NCBI GenBank assembly: GCA_037447605.1
Contig: CM074804.1
Coordinates: forward strand, 248,001 to 312,000
From: Zygnema circumcarinatum SAG 698-1b
Lineage: Eukaryota > Plantae > Zygnematophyceae
Length of the DNA stretch: 64,000 nt
Direction: 5' to 3'
Part shown: positions 39,801-50,352 of the stretch, piece by piece
Position numbering within the stretch: the first letter of the stretch is position 1
How the letters are laid out: each line of letters starts with the position of its first letter
The notes under the pieces: model-generated
What the model saw: only the letters and a program-made list of their open reading frames with translations
What the model was told of the DNA's origin: nothing
The model's database searches: none
Program-made: the position numbers and the translations under genes

Positions 39801-40250
39801 CAGCGCCAAAGCAAAGCAGCGGCAGTATGGCGAATGAGAGAAGCTGGAAAGGAGGGTGACCGCTTGGAAACCGCAAGGGGAGGAAAGAAGAGAGCCCGAG
39901 GGGAGTCAGATTTGCAATTCAAAATTGCGGTATCTGGCGTCAGGTATCGGCGATCTACCGCCGTTAAGCCTTTTTAAGTTTGAGACCCGCGCACTGAAGC
40001 GAAGTTGGTCACATCGCGCCTTTGGAAATGGTCATACCGGCAAATGCGGAGTGGTGATAAAGTCACGTCGCGTCACGATCACGGTTACGTTCGGGGGGCG
40101 CGAGACTGGTGAAGTTGACTCGAAAACTTGGTAATCGTACAGCTTGGTAATTGGTAATCGTTTTTTAAGTCTGAGACCCCCTATTGGTTGTATGGTAAAT
40201 TGGTAATAGCGTAGGGGTTGTCAACTTTAGCGAAAAGTTACGAAAAGTCC
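36880..40250 (-). mobile_element. PIF/Harbinger-type element, copy 1 (boundaries approximate)
   Basis: Central DDE transposase flanked by GA-rich tracts. Sequence from ~37230 to ~40200 is collinear with copy 2 at 50353-53250. No clear TIR/TSD pair identified. Confidence 0.75.
37850..38710 (-). CDS. HARBI1/ALP1-like DDE_Tnp_4 transposase; catalytic region open, N-terminal part frameshifted
   Basis: GFIDGT (D), GDAGY (D), VRNEHTIGIIKSRF (E), ACVILHN. The frame extends upstream to NGSRCPQTAVHYQVAIALYRLGH; a stop and frameshifts lie further upstream in A/T runs (~38711-38790). Confidence 0.85.
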   Translation of the reverse strand, partial: NGSRCPQTAVHYQVAIALYRLGHNGNGASHGEIARLFGIGEGTTFLFTKRVVKALRSLSKEWVVWPNACRRQEISKTLEKEGFPGCVGFIDGTVLPLSQRPGEDGEVYFDRKCRYSLNMQVICDMDKRIIGFQVGYAGSCADSYVFSTMAISQQPEKFFSRGQYLIGDAGYKLTTRMLVPYKHPHTIFRENTEFNYCIAKVRVRNEHTIGIIKSRFASLKLLPQQVRKKKELLPVIERVEACVILHNMLADLRDEWEEGEDDGETSNTFTLPDKEWAERGSAQQFL

Positions 40251-40362
40251 GCGATGAATACCGTGACGCTGCTGACGAGGATCAGTTCACGCGGCGTTTC
40301 CTCCTTTACTTTGCTCTGTCGACTTCCTTCTTTTGTTTTCTCAATCGCCGCCAGCCATAGCC

Positions 40363-43300
40363 ATGGATCTCCCCACCGCAACCTCCCGTACTTCACCAAC
40401 TCGGTGCCACTACTCCCTCCGCCCAGCGCCTGCCGGTTCCTCTTCGGGGCCCGGCCATGGCTGCTGGATCCCTCCTCGCTTCCTCTCTCTTGTTCTCCTC
40501 CTCTCCATCGCTCGCCGCCATGGCGGGTCCTGGGCAGCCGCTGCAACACCTGTCCTGCGCGCATACGACACTAGAACGCTCCCCGGCCTTCCCACGGAGG
40601 TGCTGCGTGACACCCCCCCGCCATTCCAAGGCGAGGCTTTACACTCCGACACGCGGAGTTTGGAAAATCGCACTTCTGGTACTTCACAGCGGAGGGGCGG
40701 TTCAAAGGAAGGCCATGGCTTCCGAGGCTTAGAGCGGAAGGGCTCAGGGCGGAGGAAGGAGCTGGAGACGAAAGAGGAGGAGTGCTGGGAGGGGGTGGCG
40801 GAGGGCTGGAGGGAGGGGGGCGATGATTTCGAACACCACGTTCGAATCGTAGGTGTGCTCTTCTTTCTCTCACACTGTCCCCCCACCCTCCCTCCCTTCC
40901 TCCCTGCCTCCCTCCCTCTCCCTCTCTCTGTCTCTCTCTCTCTAGCTCTCTCTCGCCCTCGGTCTCTCTCTCTCTCTAGCTCTCTTTTGCTCTCTATCGG
41001 CCTCTCTCTCTCTCTCTTTCTTTCTCTCTTGCCCTCCTCTAGTTCCTCCCCTCCTGTATGTGGACCTTATGCTTCACATATGCTGCCCGGCCGCCGTTCA
41101 TATGAGGATGTTATGATGCATATAAGCTTTAATCTCTTTTTTAACGGTCTCCTGGTTCTCCTGCCTGTTTTTTTCTGGTTCGCGAAAAATATCGCCATTG
41201 AATCACATTTTGTGCAAATTCATTTGAATGATGAGATTTTCATATGATGACTGGGGTCGAATTTCGATGAATCAGAGTCAGAGTCAGAATCAGAGTGTCG
41301 CTTGACGTTCCATTCCCTCAAACGTTCCCTCATGTCTTGAGAATTTTAACTCATTTTGTGCGTTTCACAGGGGAGGGCTGCCGGAGGTGTTCACTTGGCC
41401 ATCGCTGTTCCTTCATTCTCCAAATTGGAAGTCCGATTATTTTTAATAGACTTGGCGGTCCTGAAAAAAGAGTCGAAGTGATTCCACGTGATCGGGAAAT
41501 AATGGCAATCATGACCGGTGACTTAGACTTCCCCCTTGTTTTAACGTTGTTTTTTCGTTTTTGTGTTTGCAGTTGCTTTGATGATCATTGAACATGCAGT
41601 GGTGGCTAAATTGTTGGAAAATAAATAATGCATCCGAGTCATGGGGAGCAGGACCGACGAAGCATGCTGCGGACGTTTTACCCCATGAGAGGGAACCCGG
41701 AGGCCCCCGATACAACGTTTCTTTTAAGGTATCTTATCAAGTGTGGGACGCTGGAGAGTATGAAATGGAGATTTTCTCCGACTGTTCAATGTGAGTGAGC
41801 GTCCTAAGTAATATGGAATATGGAAGTAATATGAGTTTTCGATCAGTTACATAGAGCTGCAGTTAGCTATTCACGGTCTAGCGTTGGAATCCGCGCTGGA
41901 GTCGTTAGCCTGTGGACTCCATCTCAAACCTTAAAATCACGTCCCCGCCCGCTCCCTCTCTCTCTCTCTCCCTTCTCCCTGCTTTCTTTTCCTCTTTCCT
42001 ATCTTGAACAGGGGGCCGAGGGCAGATTTTGGCTACCACACCATCGCTAGACTCTCGATAAGTGTCGTTATTTCCGCTCAAAACTTTGAAAACTCCACCG
42101 CAACATTGCTGCCTTGCACCTTTCGGCAGTTTGGACGGTGGGTCGACAGCACGTTGGGGGACGGAGTTCAAGGGAAAGAGGAAATCGTAGATGCAAAATC
42201 TTCGACATCGAAATGGAAATTTCAGTCATATGATTGTCGGGGTCAATGGACCCACTCCGTTTCGGAATTTGTCCGGCGAATGCATGCGAAGGGTTTGAAA
42301 GAAATCTTTTTGGCGGGAGATTCCATGACTCGAGTGTTGGCCCATCATCTCCACTTCCTCATGGCAGGTAGAGCACTTCATTTGTCTTTTCGACTTGTCT
42401 TTCTCTGTCTCTCTTCCTCTCGTTCTCCTCTCCCTCGCCTCCCTCTCTCTCTCGCTCTTCCTTGGTTTCTTCCTCCCATCCTCGTGCTCTCTCTCCCTCT
42501 CTACCTTTGCATCCCATTTTTCGTTCGTCTATCTTCCCACTTTTGTCCCTCTTGATCGCCTTTCCTTCTCGCTGAACTTCTGTCTCCCTCTTCCACTATC
42601 ACTCTTTCTCATTTTCTGTCCCCTCTCCCTCTCTCTCCCTTCCCTCCCTTTCCCTCTCCCATCAAACATCGCCCACCACACTCTCACTCTCTCTCCACAT
42701 CCCCCAGTTTCTGAGCTTTCTGAATCTCTTCCGTTCCCACTAACGCACCCCTCCTTGCCATTGGATCCAGGACCGGATCCAGAGCCAATTCAGAGACACT
42801 TGCCACATGTGTGGGAGATAACTGATCCCAGTTCAAATCTGAGCGTTCGACTGAACTATCATTTGGTTGACGGAATTTATGTAAACGGCGAACATGGATG
42901 CATCAATCAGGGCCACTTCACACATGGGTCTTATCGAACTGCTGTTGTCGTACCGGAAACAGCCGACTTGATTGTTTTGGGATCGGGCACATGGGCCGAA
43001 ATGGTAAGCACTTCAATTTGCTTTACTAGAAGGTCGTTTTTTTTAACGCTTATGCATATGCATTATGCTACGTGGAAAGCTCCTTTTACTTGGTGATGTA
43101 ATGACCCAACACGCGGATGATTTCTTGTCAACTTCAATTCAGCTTTGTGAGCGGGGGGACCTTGCTTACTCGGAACATCTTCCTGCATTCGTGGATTTTA
43201 TTTTGAGCCAACCTCGAAAACCGACAGCGCGTGTGTTTTGGAGAAGTATCCCACCTTATCCAGTGCGGGTATATGAACGTTTCGAACATTGCCGTGTTCA

Positions 43301-44056
43301 CAATAGCGCCATTCAATGGATGAATGCTTTTGCCAGGTATTCATTTGTGGATACCGTAAACCTGAAACCTCTTCAGCATCGAGATGTATGCTTTCTTCTC
43401 TTTTCTTTATTCTTGAGACTTTCGGCCCATTCCGCATTGTTCCTATCTGCCAAAACGCAGCGTAAATGTGTCAAAAGTTTTTGAATGAAGCTTCAAAAAA
43501 AGCAAATGACAAGCCCTCGGAGGTGTTTGCCTCCATGAAGACGAGAGAGAGAGAGGGACGGGGAGTGGGAGGGGGAGGTGGGAGAAAGTGGCGGATCTAC
43601 ATAAACAAGTTGGGGGGACTTGGCACCTCCTCGATTTTTATTTTTATTTTTTTTTATTTTACATATGTATTTTATGCTGAAGGGGGACATACACCCCCCC
43701 TCAGCAAATATTCTGGATCCGCGACTGGTGTGAGAGGAGGATGTTGGAGGCCTGCTCACTGCATTTCTGTCAGAGCCTAAACGCGAAACGCCTTCTTTTG
43801 CCCATTTTTTTGCACAGCCTTGATGTGGATTTACTCCGATCTGTGCAGACGATTGCTGGAAAAGCGTGGCGACGTTAAATACATGGATTTTTGGCCTATT
43901 GAAGCTGCGAGATATTTAGACACGTGTGAGCGCCAGGAGGGGGGCACGTGGCTGAAGGATCTCCACTACAGCTGCGTCCACTCCGACATGCGTCAAATTC
44001 ACGGCGCTGTGGGGGAGGCCGTGGTGCGCGCATTCGAGCATTACCTTCTCGCGTAG
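40363..44056 (+). CDS. Membrane-anchored SGNH-hydrolase-fold protein (PC-esterase/NXPE-like O-acyltransferase or esterase)
   Basis: Exons 40363-40852, 41371-~41480/41517, 41600-41790, 42012-42367, 42771-43003, 43080-43336, 43849-44056; the exon 2/3 junction is unresolved and the others are in phase. Motifs IFLAGDSMTR, DLIVLGSGTW, VFWRSIPP, NAFARRLLEKRGDVKYMDFW, KDLHYSC. N-terminal hydrophobic segment FLSLVLLLSIA. Confidence 0.78.
43586..43727. mobile_element. 142-bp hAT-type MITE in the last intron of the SGNH gene
   Basis: TIRs (A)AGTGGCGGATCTA and TGGATCCGCGACTG; 8-bp flanks GTGGGAGA and GTGTGAGA (7/8 identical), as expected for an hAT TSD. Confidence 0.65.
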
Positions 44057-45223
44057 GCGTGGCTTGCGTGGACAGGCAAGGCATCCCTCACTGAGTCGGT
44101 CCATTCATTTGCCTTCCAGTTGCAAGGGTTTGGTGAAACCACCGTTAATTTTGGATACGGAGATTGAAGGTCAGGAGAGGCCACTGGGTTGTCAACGTTC
44201 AAGATATTTTTTTTTTCCAAAGTATTTTTTGGTTTTGAAACAAGGAGAAAGTTTGATTTAGGGGGCTGAATAGAGGTAAAGGCAGTAAGAGGAAAGCGAA
44301 GACAGGAGAATCATCAGCGGCAGAAGTCCATATTATGGAAATGCTACCCCCGACACCTGCGCATTGCTTTACGTGTAATGATCGCAATGTTGTAAAGTAA
44401 CAAAAAAATATACATCAGGTTTCATACCACTGCTCGTTTATAGGCGCTAATCCACTGTTAATGCTCTCTTCTCTATATGCTGATAGAGACAGACAGACAG
44501 ACAGACAGCTCTACAGACTCTCACTACCAGCCTTTACAAACCCTCTATCTCCCAAAGTATATGCTACAGGCTGTCATACAAGCTTGGACCACTCCCCTCA
44601 CTCAGCCCCCATACAAGGGGCTGATCTTAAAGGGAACAGAGAAAGGGTGTCAGTTTTTCCAAACCCTAATCCTATTTATCCTACACTCTACATGCGGCTG
44701 CTCCTACTCAGCGCCTGCTCCACGACTTCACGTCCTTTACGACGCCTCCATGTCCCGGCCGCCGCCCGGCTATGGCGGCCACCCTCGCTGCGTGCCTCCC
44801 TCTGCCCGCAGCTCTTGCCCCCGAGGAGGGAGGGCGAGGGGGAGGGGAGAGAGTGAGTGAGTGTGAGAGACAGAGAGAGATATGGGTGAAGGAAAAGTTT
44901 GGAAGCGAGTGACAGATTGCAGGCGAGATAGGGGGAGAGAGAGGAGGGGCCAGAGAGCGAGCGAAGGAGGGCCCTAGAAAGTGGCGGAGGATAAGGGGAA
45001 GTAGGGAGAAAGTAAGAGATGTGGAGAGTAGGGAGTGCAGAAGGAGAGAGTGAGTGGGGAGTGAGTGGAGGCAGAGAGAGGCGAAGCGAGAAGAGGGACA
45101 AAAGTGTATGGACGAGGTCAGAGATAAGGGGACACGAGGGAGGAGAGCGAAAGAAAAAGGGGGAGTAGAGTCAAAGAGACAGAGAGAGAAAAGACAGAGA
45201 GGAGGGGAAGTCAGACGGGGAGA

Positions 45224-45267
45224 CCCTAAAAACCCTAAAAACCCTAAAAACCCTAAAAACCCTAAAA
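45224..45267 (+). repeat. Interstitial telomere-like array (CCCTAAAAA)x4 + CCCTAAAA, i.e. TTTTTAGGG
   Basis: Read directly. Confidence 0.85.
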
Positions 45268-45639
45268 TCAATGTTAAAACATGATATTATTTGCATTTAG
45301 AATTGCTTAAAGTAGAATATAGGAAAACTCAAAAAAGTGTGCACAGAGAGAGGGAGGGAGGGAGGGAGGGCAAGGGGGGGTGTCTTAGTGACACCAGTAT
45401 TTACTAAATTGAGAATGAATGGCATAAGTTTTTATAATGAGACATGGTTTTTATTTTGTATACAAGAAGTATTTTTATATATGTTTGTGTGTATGTATAT
45501 GTGTATGAATTATTTGTGTTAATGTGTTTTTATAAGGACAAAGAAAGAGTAGTAGTTGTGTACGCTAAAAGGAAGATTCAGAAACATTTATACAATCTCA
45601 TCAATTGAAACAAATAAAGGCAAAAAGCAAAAAAGACAA

Positions 45640-48600
45640 TAAGAAAATAACAACAAATATTTGACATATGAAGCAAAAACACAAAAACTATAAATGAATA
45701 AAAATCAAATAAACACTACAAGTTGAAGAGGGAATTTGACCCCTTTTATTACTGTTTTGCAATAATTGCGTAACCAATCTACCACTTCGACTTAATTGGA
45801 AGGGGAGGAATAACATACACTCATACACACAACACAAGCATAGGCAAAGGAACTGGAGGCGGTAGACTGAGGCAAGGGCAACATAGTAAGGGGCAAAGGC
45901 AAGGGAGGCAGGGGCAAGGGCAAGGGAGGCAGAATGCGGAATGCGGAATGCTGAATAGGGAATGCGGAATGCAGAATGCAGCAGCAAAAAAAAAAGCATG
46001 CTGCAACAGCAATAGCAACAATAGAAGCAGATAGAATAAAATATAGAATAAAGAATGGACAGATAGAATAAAAACAATTAGAAAAAATAACATATGTTTG
46101 GCATATGAAGCAAAAACACAAAAACTTTAAATGAATAAAAATAGAAGAATAAATAAACACTACAAGTTGAAGAGGGGATTTGAACCCTTTTATTACTGTT
46201 TTGCAACAGTTGCGTAACCAATCTGCCACTTGGACTTAATGGGGAGGGGGAGGAATAACACACACTCATACACGCAGCAAAAGCATAAGCGAAGGAACGG
46301 GAGGCACAAGCACAAGGAAGGGAAGACAGAGGCAAGGGTAACACAGCAAGGGGCAAAGGCAAAGGAGGCTGGGGCATGGGCAAGGGAGGCAAAATGCGGA
46401 ATGCGGATTGCGAAATGAGGAATGCAGAATGCAGAATACCAAATGCAGCATCCAAAAAATAATAAAAATTGCTGCAGCAGTAACAGCATAAAAGCAAAAG
46501 CAGAAAAAGCAGAAAAAGCAGCACCACTAAAAGCAGCAGCAGCATCATCAACAATATCAGCAGCATAAATAGCAGCAGCAATAGAAAAAGAAGAATAGCA
46601 ACAGCAGCAGCAAGAGTAACAGCAGGAACACTGCAATAGCAATAGCAGCAGAAAAAGAAGCAGCAGCAGGAGCAGCAGCAACAGCAACAGCAGCAACAAC
46701 AGCAGCAACAGCAGCAACAGCAACAGCAGCAACAACAGCAACAGCAGCAACAACAGCAACAACAGCAACAACAACAGCAGCAACAAAAGCAACAGCAGCA
46801 ATAGCAGCAGGAGGAAAAGCAAGAGCAAAAAAAGCAACAGCAACATCAACAGCAGCAGCAGCAACAGTAGCAACAGCAGCAATAGCAACAACAGCAAAGA
46901 AAAAGCAAGAGCAGAAAAAGCAGCACCAGAAAAAGCAGCAGCAGCATTAACAGCAACAGCAACAGCAGGAGAATAAGCAGCAGCACAAAAAGCAGCAGCA
47001 ACATCAACAGCAGCAGCATGAGCAGCAGCACGAACAGCAGCAAGAACAGCAGCAGCAAAAATAGCAAAAGCAGCAGGAGAAAAAGCAGCAGCAACAGCAA
47101 CAGCAGCAAGGGAGACAAGGGAGGCATGGGCAAGGGCAAGGGAGGCAGGAGCAGGGGCAGGGGAGGCACGGGCAGGGGCAAGGGCAAGGACTCACCGTTG
47201 CTCAAGTCCGCCGTCGTCACTTGCTCACCGGTCGCACTTTTGTCGTCGTCGCCGGCTCACCGCTCACCGATCAGTGGGGGGAGGCGAGAGGTCGCTCTGC
47301 TCGCTCCGCTGCAAGGATGTCTCGAGCGGTGGCGAAGGAGGAACCCTAAACCCTGAACCCGTGCTGATCTGAGCGAGCAGCGAGCAGGCGGGCAGGCGGC
47401 GGGAGCGAGGCGCCGCGGCGGGACGCCGCTCGCGCGGTGGTGACGCGCGTGGCGACAAAACGGAGGGCGGCGGGCTGCGGGCGGCGGAGGGAGCGCGGCG
47501 GGGCGAAAAGGGGGGAGTCAAACCTGGCCCGGAGATACCAAGGTAAAATAATTGCTCTCTTGAATTCGCGGCGCCCGAGCCTGTCGAACGTCCACTTTTG
47601 GCGAAAAAGGCCTGCCGTACAAAGCAGAATTGGCCCGACGGGCTTGCGGGGAGTCAGACCTTGACCATCGCCAAATCAATTTCGCCAGCCCTTCGGGCCA
47701 ATTCTGCTTTGTACGGCAGGCCTTTTTCGCCAAAAGTGGACGTTCGACAGGCTCGGGCGTCACGAATTCAAGAAAGCAATTATTTTAGGGTAGTGATATT
47801 TCCACCCCTTTTTTGGATCCAAACACCCCTTCCCGGCCGGGCAGATTTCAAAAGGGATTAAAAACAGAAAATGCTCTTTTCACACCTTTTTGGAATCGAT
47901 ACCCACCTTCTTCCGTCGGCTGATTTTATTTGCTAACCAAGGAAAATGATACCCCGTCACCGCATTTTGGAATACTGTATCCCGCCTCCCTGAATTTTTT
48001 TTTTGAGGGAAAGAAATATCTGCCTGCCCGAATCCGCTCGGAGCGGAAGATCCGTCCCCCACGAGATCGTACGCGGGTGTCCGTCCTTCACACGTGTGTG
48101 TCAATCGCATGTCGATTTCCCTCGCAGATCGCACCACTGCAGATCACCGTTCGATCTGCAGCCGGGCTCGATCTTAGCGAATGGAAAGCGCCCACGAGTC
48201 CCGTCAAAGCCAAACCGCACGTGCGAGTGCGCGCGTCCCTCGGCCCGAGATCTCGTCATTGTTACCTCCCAGCCAATCAACATCTTCCACGTGTTACATT
48301 TTGACGTGGAAATTTTTGATTGGTTTAAGATCTTAATGTACGAAATTTTGGGTTCCTCAAGTTGCGACCGTACGACATTTGTACGGACATACTTTTGAGA
48401 GGACTTTGGCGGGATACGTGGGCACCTGCCATGCGCTGTGACAGAGCCCGGCTGCCGATCAAATAGTGATCTGCCGTGTGGCGATCTGCGAGGGAATCGA
48501 CGGCTGCGATTGACCGCACGCGTGAAAAAAAAATTCAGGTAGGCGGGATATGCAAATTGGGTGACGGGTTATCATTTTCCTTGTTTCGCAGAAATAAAAT

Positions 48601-50352
48601 CTGCCGATGGAGGGTGGTATCGATTCCAAAAAGGTGTGAAAAAAGCATTTTCCGTTTTTAATCCTTTTTGAAACCTGCCCGGCCGGGAAGGGGTGTTTGG
48701 ATCCAAAAAAGGGGTGGAAATATCACTACCCTTATTTTACCTTTGTATCTCTGGCCAAGGTTTGACTCCCCCCTTTTCGCCCCGCCGCGCTCCCTCCGCC
48801 GCCTGCCGCCCGTCGCCCTCCGTTTTGTCGCCACGCGCGTCACCACCGCGCGAGCGGCATCCCGCCGCGGCGCCTCGCGCCCGCCACATGCCCGCCTGCT
48901 CGCTCTCAGCGAGCTCAGATCAGCTCGGGTTTAGGGTATAGGGCTCCTCCCTCGCCATCGCCTGAGCCATTCTTGCAGCGGAGCGAGCAGAGCGTCCTCT
49001 CGCCTCACCCCAGTGAACGGTGAACGGTGAGCGGTGTGCCGTCGACCACGGCAAAAGCGCGATCGGTTTTTAGGGACGACGGCGGACTTGAGCAGCGGTG
49101 AGTCCTTGCCCTTGCCCCTGCTTCCCTTACCCTTGCCCCTGCCTCCCGTGCCCTTGCATCTGCCTCCCTTGCCCTTGCCTCTGCACCTGCCTTCCATGCC
49201 CTTCCCCCTGCCTCCCTTTCCCTTCCTTTCCCTTACCCCTGCCTCCTGTGCTCTTGCACCTGTTCTTGCCTCCCTCGCCTTTGCTCATGCCTGACTCCCT
49301 TGGTGCTCTTTTTGCTACTGCTGCTGCTGCTTTTTATGCTGCTGTTGTTGATGTTGCTCCTTTTTTTTTAAGCTGCCGCTTTTTTTGCTCTTACGTTTTC
49401 TGCTCCTGCTGCTTCCTCTTCTTCTTCTTCATCTCCTGTTTTTGCTGTTGTTGTTGTGCTGCTGCCGCTGCTTTTGCTGTTGCTGCTGTTTCTGTTGCTA
49501 CTGCTGCAGCTCCAACGGCTTCTTATCCTCCTGCTGCCGCTACATCTCCTGCTGCTGCTGTTGATGTTGCTGCTGCTGCTTTTTTTGCTCCTGCTGCTTC
49601 CTCTTCTTCTTCTTCTTCTTCATCTCTTGTTTCTGCTGTTGTTGCTGTGCTGCTGCTGCTGCTTCTGCTGTTGCTGCTGTTTCTGTTGCTAGTGCTGCAG
49701 CTCCAACCGCTTCTTATCCTCCTACTGTTGCTACATCTCCTGTTGCTGTTGTTGATGTTGCTGCTGCTTTTTTTGCTCTTGCTTTTTCTGCTCCTGCTGC
49801 TTCCGCTTCTTCTTCTTCATCTCCTGTTTCTGCTGTTGTTGTTGTGCTGCTGCCGCTGCTTCTGTTGTTGCTGCTATTTTTGTTGCTACTGCTGCAGCTC
49901 CAACCGCTTCTTATCCTCCTGCTGCTGCTACATCTCTTGCTGCTGCTGTTGATGTTGCTGCTGCTTTTTTTGCTCTTGCTTTTTCTGCTCCTGCTGCTTC
50001 CTCTTCTTCTTCTTCATCTCCTGTTTTCGCTGTTGTTGCTGTGCTGCTGCCACTGCTTTTGCTGTTGCTGCTGTTTCTGTTGCTACTGCTGCAGCTCCAA
50101 CCGCTTCTTATCCTCCTGCTGCTGCTACATCTCCTGTTGTTGTTGTTGATGTTGCTGCTGCTTTTTTTGCTCTTGCTTTTTCTGCTCTTGCTTTTATGCT
50201 AATGTTGTTGTCATTCGTCATTCCGCAGTCCGCATTCCACGTTCCGTATTTTACCTCCCTTGCTCCTGCCCCGACATCCTTTGCCTTTGCCCCTTGCTAT
50301 GTTGCCTTTGCCTCAGTCTTCACTTCCTTTGCTTGTGCCTCTCGTTCCTTCG
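45640..50352. mobile_element. Foldback-type element: long inverted arms (~46289-48212 and ~48400-50352) built from tandem subrepeats, spacer ~190 bp
   Basis: Reverse-complement matches at several points, e.g. 47786-47961 vs 48560-48731, 47170-47215 vs 49075-49120, 46289-46360 vs 50280-50352. CAG/CAA and GGGCAA subrepeats; a ~435-bp tandem unit at 45650-46520. No ORF. Confidence 0.75.
47544..47787. mobile_element. 244-bp palindromic hairpin (MITE-like) present only in the left foldback arm
   Basis: ~100-bp near-perfect inverted arms around a ~45-bp loop. The equivalent site in the right arm (48731-48742) lacks it. Confidence 0.8.

Noticed and set aside
45650-46520. Direct repeats considered as a CRISPR array or LTRs
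   Set aside because: Units are ~435 bp and adjacent, with no unique spacers, no cas genes, no TG...CA ends and no PBS/PPT; the context is eukaryotic.
46078-47220. Poly-Leu, poly-Cys and poly-Gln-like ORFs (also 49098-50149)
   Set aside because: CAG/CAA subrepeats of the foldback arms; mirrored on both arms and not gene-like.
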